A stretch of DNA of 64,000 nt from an uncultured Bacilli bacterium (GTDB lineage Bacteria > Bacillota_I > Bacilli_A > ML615J-28 > CAG-313): the NCBI GenBank assembly GCA_934133195.1, contig CAKPAZ010000004.1:3564-67563 (forward strand), in the 5' to 3' direction. Every line of letters starts with the position of its first letter. Within the stretch, counting starts at the first letter, position 1. Positions 1 through 8,850 of the stretch are shown here, piece by piece. The position numbers and the translations under genes were made by a program. Below the pieces are notes generated by a model that saw only the letters and a program-made list of their open reading frames with translations, made no database searches and was not told the origin of the DNA.

Positions 1-1010
1 GTGTTGAATCAAATAATCCTGGTGAAGATGATAACCCAAAACCAGAAGATCCTGTAGAGGTAAAACTAGATGCTCCAACTGACTTAAAAGTTGAAGTGGT
101 AAACGATTTAGTAAAAATTACTTATAAAGTAGTAGAAAATGCATCATTCCATATGGTATTAATCAGAAATGATAAAAAAGAAGTTGTAAAACAACAAAAA
201 CTTGGAATGTTTGATTCTACTTATGTATTCTATCAAAAAGACTTAAAAGATGGAGATTACACTGTTTCAGCCTATGCAATAGGTGATGGTACTAAGTATT
301 TAGATTCAGATGAAACAGAAACTGTTTCTTTAACTATCAAAGTTGAAATTGTAAACCCTGACCCAGATCCAGATCCAGACCCTGATCCTGATCCAAATCC
401 AGTTTTAATTCCTTATTATAAGGCAGCTGAAGGTAAAAAAGGAAATGAACTTTTAAAATCTTTAAGAACTATTATAACTGATACTCATAAAAAGGTTACA
501 AGTTATGCTGATTGTAAGAAATACTTACAAAATGCTGATGAAGACCCTAAAAACTCAAATAATATGATTCTATTCTATACTGGTGAATCAATTAAGAAAA
601 CAGAAAACATGAACATCTGGAATCGTGAACACGTATGGGCTCAAAGCCTTGGATGGTTCACAACAAGTCAAGCAGGTGCTGACTTACATCACATTCGTCC
701 ATGTGATCCTAAAGTAAACAGTAGTCGTGGAAACAAAAAATTTGGTACTGCCTCATCATACTATACACCAACTGATGAATATAAAGGTGATGTTGCTCGT
801 ATTATCTTCTATCTAAAGACAAGATATTCACAATCAGATAGTTATGATTTCCCACGCATTGCACAATCTCTTAAACTTCTATTAGAATGGAATAAACTAG
901 ATCCAGTAAGTGAACTAGAAGTAAATCGTAATAACTATATCGCAAAAATCCAAGGTAATCGTAATCCATTTATTGATTATCCTGAATTTGCAGATATGAT
1001 TTGGGGATAA
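1..1010 (+). CDS. Secreted nuclease of the endonuclease I (EndA/NucM) family, 5'-truncated by the window edge. Repeat domains are joined by a (PD)n linker.
   Basis: Frame 3 is open from nt 3, so the 96 GTG given by the ORF track is not the true start. The C-terminal domain carries NREHVWAQSLGW...DLHHIRPCDPKVNSSRGNKKFG, which is typical of endonuclease I. A DPDPDPDPDPDPNP linker and upstream NPGEDDNPKPEDP imply a secreted multidomain protein. Confidence 0.6.
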   Translation, partial: VESNNPGEDDNPKPEDPVEVKLDAPTDLKVEVVNDLVKITYKVVENASFHMVLIRNDKKEVVKQQKLGMFDSTYVFYQKDLKDGDYTVSAYAIGDGTKYLDSDETETVSLTIKVEIVNPDPDPDPDPDPDPNPVLIPYYKAAEGKKGNELLKSLRTIITDTHKKVTSYADCKKYLQNADEDPKNSNNMILFYTGESIKKTENMNIWNREHVWAQSLGWFTTSQAGADLHHIRPCDPKVNSSRGNKKFGTASSYYTPTDEYKGDVARIIFYLKTRYSQSDSYDFPRIAQSLKLLLEWNKLDPVSELEVNRNNYIAKIQGNRNPFIDYPEFADMIWG

Positions 1011-1031
1011 TCCTATAAACAATGAACAAAG

Positions 1032-1060
1032 AGAATACATGTTAAAATGTATTCTTTTTT
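1032..1060 (+). terminator. Rho-independent terminator after the nuclease gene
   Basis: Hairpin agaatacat-gttaaa-atgtattct followed by TTTTTT. Confidence 0.5.
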
Positions 1061-1332
1061 AAATTTATAGAATTTATATACTTTTATTATTAAATTTAAT
1101 TAATTTAAAAACAATTAGATTCGAATAAAATTGCGCTATTATATATTTTTATTTAGAATTATGATATACTTTTATTATAATAAACTATAAATATAAGTTA
1201 GCTCTGGTGGTTGGAAAGTTGGAAAGTCACCAAAAATACATTTTCATCAACTTTAGGAAGATCTGTTGGCAGATTTATAGCAAATTATGTTCCAAATTAT
1301 ATATTTGAAAATTTATTCTAAAAAGGAGTATT

Positions 1333-1797
1333 TTGATGATAAAAATTAAATTGAATTTATTTGAATCTATAGTTGGTGCTATATTATTTCCGAATATTGG
1401 TATATTTTTTACAACAATTTTCTTGATTATTTCCTTAATAGTTAAGCAAGACCCTGTTATTTATAAAGGAATTTTAATTTCATATATTATCTTTTTTACT
1501 TTGATGATTCTTTCAATAATTATTTGTTTATTGATTAATAAAAAAAGTAGAAAAGAGTTTATCTTAAATAATAACGAAATTAAATTTCTTGATCAAAAAT
1601 ATGAAACAAATCAAGTAAGTTCCTGTGAGTACTTTGTATGTAAGTGGTATGCATTGCCAATAGCAGTAATCTATAAACAACAAGCAGCAGGATTAATAAC
1701 TTTTAAATTTAATTCTGGTAAAAAAATTCAATTTAAAATATTATATAAATATTACCTAAAATTGAAAGATAAATTTAAAAATATTATTGTTAAATAG
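1333..1797 (+). CDS. Hypothetical small membrane protein
   Basis: ORF with an RBS (aaaaggag) and two or three hydrophobic helices. No recognisable motif. Confidence 0.4.
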   Translation: MMIKIKLNLFESIVGAILFPNIGIFFTTIFLIISLIVKQDPVIYKGILISYIIFFTLMILSIIICLLINKKSRKEFILNNNEIKFLDQKYETNQVSSCEYFVCKWYALPIAVIYKQQAAGLITFKFNSGKKIQFKILYKYYLKLKDKFKNIIVK

Positions 1798-1993
1798 AAA
1801 TTACTTTAATAAGCAAAAAAACTAGGTGAGTTTACCGATTCTGTAAATTCTTGTATGCATTTATAGCAATTGGATATACTACGCTTGGTTTTTATGTGAT
1901 CTATGAATTGATATTAATTTTCTTATCTAGAGCACTAAGATTATAAAAATAAATAATTAAAGAATTGTTTTTTAGTTAGTAAGGAGAAATAAC

Positions 1994-2542
1994 ATGAAAG
2001 AGTTGAATGAAAATTTAGATTTTAAAGAATTATTGAAAAATATGGTGATTACTAAAATTAATTTTGTAAGAGGATTAGGTATAGTTGAAAATAGATTTGA
2101 GTTATTATTTTTAGGAGATAATGAAGAAATCAAAATTGAAATTGAAACTAATTTTAGGATAAGAAGTAATAATGAACTCTTATTAAGTTTTAATGATCTA
2201 TACTTGGATTTAAATCGAAAAGAAATGAGTGTAAAAAAATATCGAAGTCAAACAAATATAGAAAAATCATATTTAAGCCAACAATTAGAAGCTATTAATA
2301 CAATGTTGTTTAATACAAAACCTAAAAATATCATTATTAAACCATATGGTGATTTCTACATATCTTTTTATAAAAAAGGTATTGTAATAGAAATCCTAAA
2401 TGATACCCACTTAGAAGATGCTTGTTTATATAGATTGATTTATAAAAGTGATAAAATTAATTACGCTTTTGAATGTTGTGTTCAAAATAATAAATTAGTT
2501 ATTAGAAAGTTAAATCCTTATTATTCATCTTTTAAAAAATAA
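1994..2542 (+). CDS. Hypothetical protein
   Basis: ORF with an RBS (aaggaga). No motif recognised. Confidence 0.4.
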   Translation: MKELNENLDFKELLKNMVITKINFVRGLGIVENRFELLFLGDNEEIKIEIETNFRIRSNNELLLSFNDLYLDLNRKEMSVKKYRSQTNIEKSYLSQQLEAINTMLFNTKPKNIIIKPYGDFYISFYKKGIVIEILNDTHLEDACLYRLIYKSDKINYAFECCVQNNKLVIRKLNPYYSSFKK

Positions 2543-2612
2543 TAAGTAATAATGATTTTTTAAATTTAATGATATGCGTAATAATTTGATACATTAACAG
2601 GAGAACGTTAAA

Positions 2613-3155
2613 ATGGAAGATTTCTTTAAGTTTGATGATAAACGAATAGTTTTTAAATTATTTTTATTCATCTGCATTATTGTTTTTATTGAATTAATAT
2701 TTTCAATTAAAATAATTGAAGTATTTGTTCCATCATTGTTTGTTTTTATAATATTAATTATTGCGACAATATTTACATATAATGAAGGAATCCATTTTAA
2801 TTATAACAATGGAAAAATAGTTATAGTTAAAGGAATGATGATTAAGACTATAGAAATGAAAGAGGTAAAATACTTCAATATTGAAGAAATATATAAAACA
2901 AAGGGAAATATCATTACTCAAAAACTTGTAGATACTTATGATCAAGTTAATTTACCTTCTAAATATGTTTATAATAAAGGTAAAGTTTTTAATATAATTT
3001 TTTATATGAAGAAAGTTGGAAATATAAGTATATACTATGGTTGGCTTTATCGAACAAAATCAATTCAAAGAATTAACAGTCAATTGAAACAATTTGAAAA
3101 AATTAAAGAGAATTTTATGAGATATAAAAAACATTATACTATTAATAATTATTAA
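2613..3155 (+). CDS. Hypothetical membrane protein
   Basis: ORF with an RBS (aggaga) and two N-terminal hydrophobic segments. Confidence 0.4.
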   Translation: MEDFFKFDDKRIVFKLFLFICIIVFIELIFSIKIIEVFVPSLFVFIILIIATIFTYNEGIHFNYNNGKIVIVKGMMIKTIEMKEVKYFNIEEIYKTKGNIITQKLVDTYDQVNLPSKYVYNKGKVFNIIFYMKKVGNISIYYGWLYRTKSIQRINSQLKQFEKIKENFMRYKKHYTINNY

Positions 3156-3216
3156 TATTAAAATTTTGTAAAAGTTGATTATACAAATTTATATAATCAA
3201 TATAATAAAGATACAT

Positions 3217-3277
3217 AAAAAGGTGTCTAGTACTACATTATTATGATGTAATACTAAACACCTTTGTTTTTTATTTA
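3217..3277. terminator. Bidirectional terminator hairpin between convergent genes
   Basis: Imperfect long hairpin aaaaaggtgtctagta...tactaaacacctttgtttttt, flanked by an A-run and a T-run. Confidence 0.4.
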
Positions 3278-3280
3278 ATG

Positions 3281-5896
3281 TTATTGTTTTTTACGACTAC
3301 ATAATTTAACAATTTCCATTATGATTACTGTTAAGAAACTTAAAGCAATAGCAATTAATAAGTATTTAATGTCTAAGGCAATTAAGTTAAAGGCACTATT
3401 TAAACCTGGAATGTAACAAATTAGGATTTGTAAGGCAAGACCTAATACAAAGGCAATAATTAGATAGAAGTTGTTAAAAGTCTTTTTATTAAAGATTGAA
3501 TGATGTGATTTAATATTGAATGCATGGAATAATTGACATGTTGATAGGGTAATGAAGGCCATTGTTTGACCTAATTCATGTGAGTGGTTATTACCAATCG
3601 CATAAGATATAAGAGAAAGAAGACCTATCATGATACCTTGCCAAATAATGTCAAAGCCAAGTCCACGTGCGAAGAAGTGTTCATTCTTATCTCTAGGATT
3701 TTCTTTCATAACGTCATCTTCAGTTTTTTCCATACCTAAAGCAAAGGCAGGTAAACTATCAGTGATTAGGTTAATCCATAATAGATGAGTCGCAACAAGT
3801 GGGGTACCAAAAGATAAACTACTGATTAAAGAGATGACAGAAGCAAGGAAAATACATAAAACTTCACCAATGTTACTTGATAGAAGATATTGGACAACTT
3901 TTTGAATGTTAGCATAGATGCCACGACCTTCTTTAACGGCAGTTACAATGGTTGAAAAGTTATCATCGGTTAAAACTACATCAGCAGCTTCTTTAGCAAC
4001 ATCGGTACCAGTAATACCCATTGCACAACCAATATCAGCTTTCTTTAAGGCTGGTGAGTCATTAACTCCATCTCCAGTCATCGCAACAATCGCTCCTTTT
4101 TGTTGCCATGCTTTAACGATTCTAACTTTATCTTCGGGAGCAACTCTCGCATAAACGGAGTATTTTTCAATATTTTTAAACAATTCTTCATCACTAAGAC
4201 TTGATAACTCTTTGCTTGAGATAGCAGTAGTACCTTCTTTTAAGATACCAAGTTCTAAAGCAATGGCTTTTGCTGTTAAAACGTGGTCACCAGTAATCAT
4301 GATGGTTCTAATGCCAGCATCACTAGCTTCTTTGATCGCTTTCTTAACTTCAGGTCTTGCGGGGTCAATCATTCCGACTAAACCTAAGAAGTTTAAGTTA
4401 TTTTCAATTTCATCAATATTTAAGTTTTGAGGTAGGAAATCAATTATTTTGTAACCAACCCCAAGGACTCTTAAAGCTGATTCAGCCATTTCGTTATTCG
4501 CAAGCCCCGCTTTTTTAGTTTCATTAGTTGGAATGGAATGCCTGATAACAACATCAGGAGCACCTTTAGTAATTACAAGGTATTTTCCTGAATATGCGAA
4601 GATGGTTGTCATTAATTTTCGATCAGAGTCAAAAGGTAGGTCAGCAACTCTTTTTAAGTTACTATATGTAGGTTCTTTGACATACTTGTCTCTCGCAATA
4701 AGAAGAGCAACCTCAGTAGGGTCACCAATGGATTTAGTTACGCCATCTTTTTCTTCATATGATGCATCAGTACAAAGAGCAAAAAATTCAAGCATTTTAG
4801 CTTCTTCAAAGCTTAAATTATCAGTGATATCTTTAATGGTAGTATGATATAGTTTCATAACTGTCATTTTATTTTGGGTTAGAGTTCCGGTTTTGTCTGA
4901 ACAAATGATGTTTGCACAACCTAAAGTTTCAACGGCTGGAAGTTTTTTAACGATAGCCTTTTGTTTTGCAAGACGTTGAACACCGATTGCAAGAACAACA
5001 GTAACAACGGTGGTTAAACCCTCAGGTATCGCGGCAACTGCAAGGGCAATCGCATTCTTAAAAGCATCTAAAACGCCACCATCGGTTTTCTCAACTAACT
5101 TTAAACAAAATACGATAACACAAATAGCAATACACATAATACCAATTACTTTAGCAATTTGATTTAACTTTTGTTGAAGTGGTGTAATCTCATCATCAGT
5201 ATCAATCAAAGCTTTCGCGATCTTTCCAATTTCGGTATTCATACCAGTTTCGGTTGTAATGGCATAAGCTTTACCATAAGTAACATAAGTAGAAGAAAAT
5301 AAAGTGTTACTCATATCACCAATTCCGTGAATTTCGCCTGTGATTAAATCTTCGTTCTTATTTACGGCAGTACTTTCACCAGTTAAGGCACTTTCATCAA
5401 CCATAAGGTTAGAAGAAGAAATGATTCTCGCATCAGCAGGAATAAAGTCACCAGCTTCAACATAGAAGATATCCCCAGGAACAATATCGGCTGATTCAAT
5501 GGTTATAAGTTTACCATCACGTAAAACCTTGGAATGGGGTGTACTTAGTTTCTTTAAAGCATCAAGAGATTTTTCCGCGTTACTTTCTTGGATAGCTCCA
5601 ATGAAAGCATTGGAAATGATAACAACCACAATAATGATGGTTTCAATCCATTCTTTATCTTCTACCCAACCTTTTGTATCGATGATTACGGGTAGAACTG
5701 CGGCGATAACTAAGATAATAACTAAAAAGTCGGCGAACTGCGATAAGAATTTAACAATGAATGGTGTTTTCTTTTTGCCTTCGATGACGTTTTTTCCATA
5801 AGTTTTTAATCTTTTTTCTGCTTCACTACTTGAAAGACCAAAAGTGTCTGAACTTTCAAATTCATTTAATAATTCTTGACATGTTTTTTGTTTCAT
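3281..5896 (-). CDS. P-type cation-transporting ATPase (P2-type, Ca2+/Mn2+ exporter-like)
   Basis: DKTGTLT phosphorylation motif, TGDGVNDSPALKKADIG and ten predicted TM helices in 871 aa. RBS gggagg. Confidence 0.9.
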   Translation of the reverse strand: MKQKTCQELLNEFESSDTFGLSSSEAEKRLKTYGKNVIEGKKKTPFIVKFLSQFADFLVIILVIAAVLPVIIDTKGWVEDKEWIETIIIVVVIISNAFIGAIQESNAEKSLDALKKLSTPHSKVLRDGKLITIESADIVPGDIFYVEAGDFIPADARIISSSNLMVDESALTGESTAVNKNEDLITGEIHGIGDMSNTLFSSTYVTYGKAYAITTETGMNTEIGKIAKALIDTDDEITPLQQKLNQIAKVIGIMCIAICVIVFCLKLVEKTDGGVLDAFKNAIALAVAAIPEGLTTVVTVVLAIGVQRLAKQKAIVKKLPAVETLGCANIICSDKTGTLTQNKMTVMKLYHTTIKDITDNLSFEEAKMLEFFALCTDASYEEKDGVTKSIGDPTEVALLIARDKYVKEPTYSNLKRVADLPFDSDRKLMTTIFAYSGKYLVITKGAPDVVIRHSIPTNETKKAGLANNEMAESALRVLGVGYKIIDFLPQNLNIDEIENNLNFLGLVGMIDPARPEVKKAIKEASDAGIRTIMITGDHVLTAKAIALELGILKEGTTAISSKELSSLSDEELFKNIEKYSVYARVAPEDKVRIVKAWQQKGAIVAMTGDGVNDSPALKKADIGCAMGITGTDVAKEAADVVLTDDNFSTIVTAVKEGRGIYANIQKVVQYLLSSNIGEVLCIFLASVISLISSLSFGTPLVATHLLWINLITDSLPAFALGMEKTEDDVMKENPRDKNEHFFARGLGFDIIWQGIMIGLLSLISYAIGNNHSHELGQTMAFITLSTCQLFHAFNIKSHHSIFNKKTFNNFYLIIAFVLGLALQILICYIPGLNSAFNLIALDIKYLLIAIALSFLTVIIMEIVKLCSRKKQ

Positions 5897-5911
5897 TTTT
5901 ACCTCCCAAAA

Positions 5912-5953
5912 ACAAAAAAATAGACCCTATTCTAACTAGTAGAATAAGGTCTT
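5912..5953 (-). terminator. Intrinsic terminator (attenuator) immediately upstream of the ATPase RBS
   Basis: On the minus strand, aagaccttattcta-ctag-tagaatagggtct followed by TTTTTTTGTTTTT. It ends about 8 nt before the gggagg RBS. Confidence 0.5.
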
Positions 5954-5955
5954 GC

Positions 5956-6100
5956 ATTTCATTATGATGAATCTTAGTTCCGGATTAAAAAATCGAGATG
6001 ACGAAACTAAGTCAAGATTAAATCTTGTGCTACTCCCCTTAAGAGTACTTACCACTAGTTACTTTCATGCAATAAATAGTGGTACGAATAATAGTTTGAA
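5956..6100 (-). ncRNA. Putative yybP-ykoY (Mn2+) riboswitch aptamer in the ATPase leader
   Basis: The minus-strand leader contains cuuaaGGGGAGUAGc, the hallmark conserved loop of the yybP-ykoY family, plus a cuugacu element. It is followed by the terminator and an ATPase of the type this riboswitch commonly controls. Confidence 0.4.
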
Positions 6101-6103
6101 TAA

Positions 6104-6177
6104 TGGAGGCTCCGGCCGGATTTGAACCGGCGATCAGGGTGTTGCAGACCCACGCCTTACCGCTTGGCTACAGAGCC
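6104..6177 (-). tRNA. tRNA-Cys (anticodon GCA)
   Basis: RC reads GGCTCTGTAGCCAAGCGGTAAGGCGTGGGTCTGCAACACCCTGATCGCCGGTTCAAATCCGGCCGGAGCCTCCA. Cloverleaf with anticodon loop CTGCAAC and an encoded CCA. The ORF-track entry 6103..6294 is spurious. Confidence 0.85.
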
Positions 6178-6190
6178 ATTAGACCTAAAT

Positions 6191-6219
6191 ATTATACATT
6201 ATTTTGCACATTCAGTCAA
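6191..6219 (-). promoter_or_regulatory. Sigma-A promoter for tRNA-Cys and the ATPase leader
   Basis: Minus strand TTGACT, 17 nt, TATAAT, placing the TSS about 5 nt before the tRNA. Confidence 0.5.
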
Positions 6220-6271
6220 GTAAAATGTTATTATAATTCACAATTTACCAAAATAGAACTTCGCTATCTTC

Positions 6272-6300
6272 TTGCAAAAATATCATTTCTATGATAATAT
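6272..6300 (+). promoter_or_regulatory. Sigma-A promoter for the lipoprotein gene
   Basis: TTGCAA, 17 nt, TAATAT (with an upstream TG). Divergent from the tRNA promoter. Confidence 0.4.
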
Positions 6301-6323
6301 ATTATAAAGAAATGGAGAAAAGT

Positions 6324-8660
6324 ATGAAAAAAAGATCTTTACTAATAATTATTACTTTATTAATCACCCTATTATATTCAGGATGTAACCAAAATAAAGC
6401 AGATTTTGAAAAAATATTTCAAGAAAGTGAAAATTTAATTGAAATTCCAAGTGTTATTGATGGAAACATCACTTTACCAACAACCCTTTCAAATGGTGTA
6501 ACTATCACATGGACTTCATCTTACCCTTCCGCCCTTACTAGTGATGGTAAGGTAAGCTTTGGTAAAAATGATGTAGAAGTAACGCTTACCGCCCAACTTT
6601 CTTATAATCAAGAAATAAGAGTTAAAGAATATCAAGTTACGGTTAATTCTTTTTCCAAACACTATGAAAAACTTATAAACCAAGTACTAACTGATGCGAA
6701 TCTTCCGGAAGTAATCGATCAAAACCTAATGCTTCCAAGTAGTTTTAGTGATCTAAATATTACTTGGTACTTAAATAATGAAGAATTAAAAGATGGAATA
6801 ATTGAAATTACAAAAACCAGTGAAGATCAAACTCTTGATGTTTTAGGTATCTTTACAGATGGTGTTAATGTAATCCAAAAACATTTAACCTTTAAAGTTA
6901 AAAAACTTGAAATCTATGATTATTTAACTATTGTTAAAGAAGAAGTAAAAACAAAACTAGAAAGCTTAAAGTTTAATGAACTTCCATCTACTTTATATGA
7001 TATCATGATAACATATAGTTATACTCCAGATACTATAATTAATAGTGATGGCTCTATCAACTATCAAGATGAAGAAGTTGAACTTAATGTCATGGTTTCA
7101 TACAAATACCTTGATAAAGTTCTTTCTAATGAAGAAATTAAAGTCATAATTCCTAAAAAGACTAATGAAATGTATTTAGATGAAGCAATCAATAACTTAA
7201 CTTTACCAGCGGAAACCTCTACTAATATAACACTTCCTATGATGATAAATAATGTTTCTATTACTTGGAAGAGTAATACCCCAAGTATCATCACAAATGA
7301 AGGTATTATCACAAGAAAAGAACGTGATGGTAAATGCAAACTAACCGCGACTTTCTCATATCTTGGTACTACCAAAACTAAACAATATGAAATCAAGATT
7401 TTAAGATATACAGATAGTGAATTAATCGATTTAGCGATTAAATTATTGGAAATGCCAACTATTGTTAGTACCAATATTGAGCTTCCTGCATATATTGAAT
7501 ATGATGTCTATGTTGAATGGACATCAAGTGATGAATCAATCATGACAAATACTGGTGAAATTACTTTAAGAGATACTGATCAAACTGTAACTCTAACTGC
7601 GATTTTCACCTTAGGAGGAGCAACCAAAATGGAAAACTACATAATTAAAATTCCGGCTCGCCCTGACATTACCAAGGGTAAGCCACACCAAAGACTAATG
7701 TATGCGAAAGACTATGAAACAGAAAACATGAATAATGTAGAAGTAAAAGAAGAACGCTTAGTCTTAAAAGATGGTATGGTTGAAGGATACTATGAATCTA
7801 AAGAAATTGAAACTATCGATTTTAGTGGTCTTGTTGCATCATGGGCTGCAACTTCAAGTACTACTGCGACCGTTGAATTAATGGTAAAAGTTAAGGTAAA
7901 CAATGTATGGAGTGATTACATCACCTACCATCCTTGGGGCTTTGGCTTAAATAATGCTTGTTACGACCAAAAGAAAAGTTTAATCCGCCTTGATGAAGAT
8001 GAAGTATCAACAATCGGAGGAAATGGTAACGCTGTAATGTTTAAGGTCATCTTAAGAAGAACTGCTTCAAGTGATGCATCCCCTAAACTTACCCTTGTAT
8101 CATTTGCTTTAAAGAATGCCTCATACGCATATCCAGTTGATATTACCAACCTTCCAAAAGAGGTAATCTATGATGTTCCTCGTTTAAATCAAAACGTGGT
8201 ACCAACCATTGGTAACATCATTTGTAGTGCAACCACTTCAACCATGTTACTAAAATATAAAGGGGAAAACTTCTCACAATATGATGAGTATGAACATCGA
8301 TATATTGCGGGGAAAGTAAAAGAAAACAATACGGGAATTTACGGAAACTGGGTTTACAACACCGTTTTAATGAGTTCCTTTGGCTATACATCATATGTCG
8401 CAAGAATGTATTCAATTGAAGAATTGATGTATCATCTCGCAAACGTTGGTCCTGTAGGCTTAAGTGTTAAAGGACAAATGACATCAAGTGAAAAGAGTTA
8501 CTATACCAATGGTCACTTAATTGTTGGTATTGGTTATAAATACATTGATGGTACTTTATACATCTTATGTAATGACCCTAATGTTCCAAATGTATACTGT
8601 GAATATAGTTATACTGTAATTAAAAATACATGGCGTAACGTAAGTTATGTAATTGAATAA
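6324..8660 (+). CDS. Lipoprotein with tandem Ig-like repeats and a C-terminal papain-like (Peptidase_C39_2-like) domain
   Basis: The likely start is ATG 6324, with an RBS ggagaaaag and signal peptide plus lipobox LLYSGC. About four repeats of roughly 90 aa share an ITLP...ITWxSS...LTA pattern. The C-terminus has VPTIGNIICSATTSTMLL (Cys) ... NGHLIVGIGY (His). Confidence 0.6.
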   Translation: MKKRSLLIIITLLITLLYSGCNQNKADFEKIFQESENLIEIPSVIDGNITLPTTLSNGVTITWTSSYPSALTSDGKVSFGKNDVEVTLTAQLSYNQEIRVKEYQVTVNSFSKHYEKLINQVLTDANLPEVIDQNLMLPSSFSDLNITWYLNNEELKDGIIEITKTSEDQTLDVLGIFTDGVNVIQKHLTFKVKKLEIYDYLTIVKEEVKTKLESLKFNELPSTLYDIMITYSYTPDTIINSDGSINYQDEEVELNVMVSYKYLDKVLSNEEIKVIIPKKTNEMYLDEAINNLTLPAETSTNITLPMMINNVSITWKSNTPSIITNEGIITRKERDGKCKLTATFSYLGTTKTKQYEIKILRYTDSELIDLAIKLLEMPTIVSTNIELPAYIEYDVYVEWTSSDESIMTNTGEITLRDTDQTVTLTAIFTLGGATKMENYIIKIPARPDITKGKPHQRLMYAKDYETENMNNVEVKEERLVLKDGMVEGYYESKEIETIDFSGLVASWAATSSTTATVELMVKVKVNNVWSDYITYHPWGFGLNNACYDQKKSLIRLDEDEVSTIGGNGNAVMFKVILRRTASSDASPKLTLVSFALKNASYAYPVDITNLPKEVIYDVPRLNQNVVPTIGNIICSATTSTMLLKYKGENFSQYDEYEHRYIAGKVKENNTGIYGNWVYNTVLMSSFGYTSYVARMYSIEELMYHLANVGPVGLSVKGQMTSSEKSYYTNGHLIVGIGYKYIDGTLYILCNDPNVPNVYCEYSYTVIKNTWRNVSYVIE

Positions 8661-8668
8661 GAGTGATT

Positions 8669-8697
8669 AAAGGAGTTTTAAAAAACTCCTTTTTTTA
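8669..8697 (+). terminator. Rho-independent terminator
   Basis: aaggagtttt-aa-aaaactcctt followed by TTTTTT. Confidence 0.6.
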
Positions 8698-8850
8698 ATA
8701 AACATGAAAAAATCACTTATTTCGTTACTCTCTTTCCTTATATTATAATGTAAAACAAAACAATAAAAATACTGAGAACGTTTTAGTTAGTAAATTAACA
8801 TTAATTAATTATTTCATATGTTATAATTTAAGGGTATTTTATGAGGTGAC

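Noticed and set aside
1198-1240. Tandem ttggaaag-ttggaaag inside a tggtg...cacca hairpin upstream of ORF 1333
   Set aside because: The repeat has only two units and no obvious conserved motif. It may be a weak regulatory hairpin. There is insufficient evidence.
3918-5801. Several + strand ORFs of 72 to 104 aa inside the P-type ATPase gene. Minus-strand ORFs of similar size inside other large genes (for example 7064..7474, 27249..27635, 43078..43275, 54139..54333, 56303..56503, 57196..57399)
   Set aside because: They are antisense to strongly supported CDSs, have no RBS and have low-complexity translations. They are frame artefacts.
6103-6294. ORF-track CDS 6103..6294 (+)
   Set aside because: It overlaps tRNA-Cys on the opposite strand and has no RBS. 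It is spurious.
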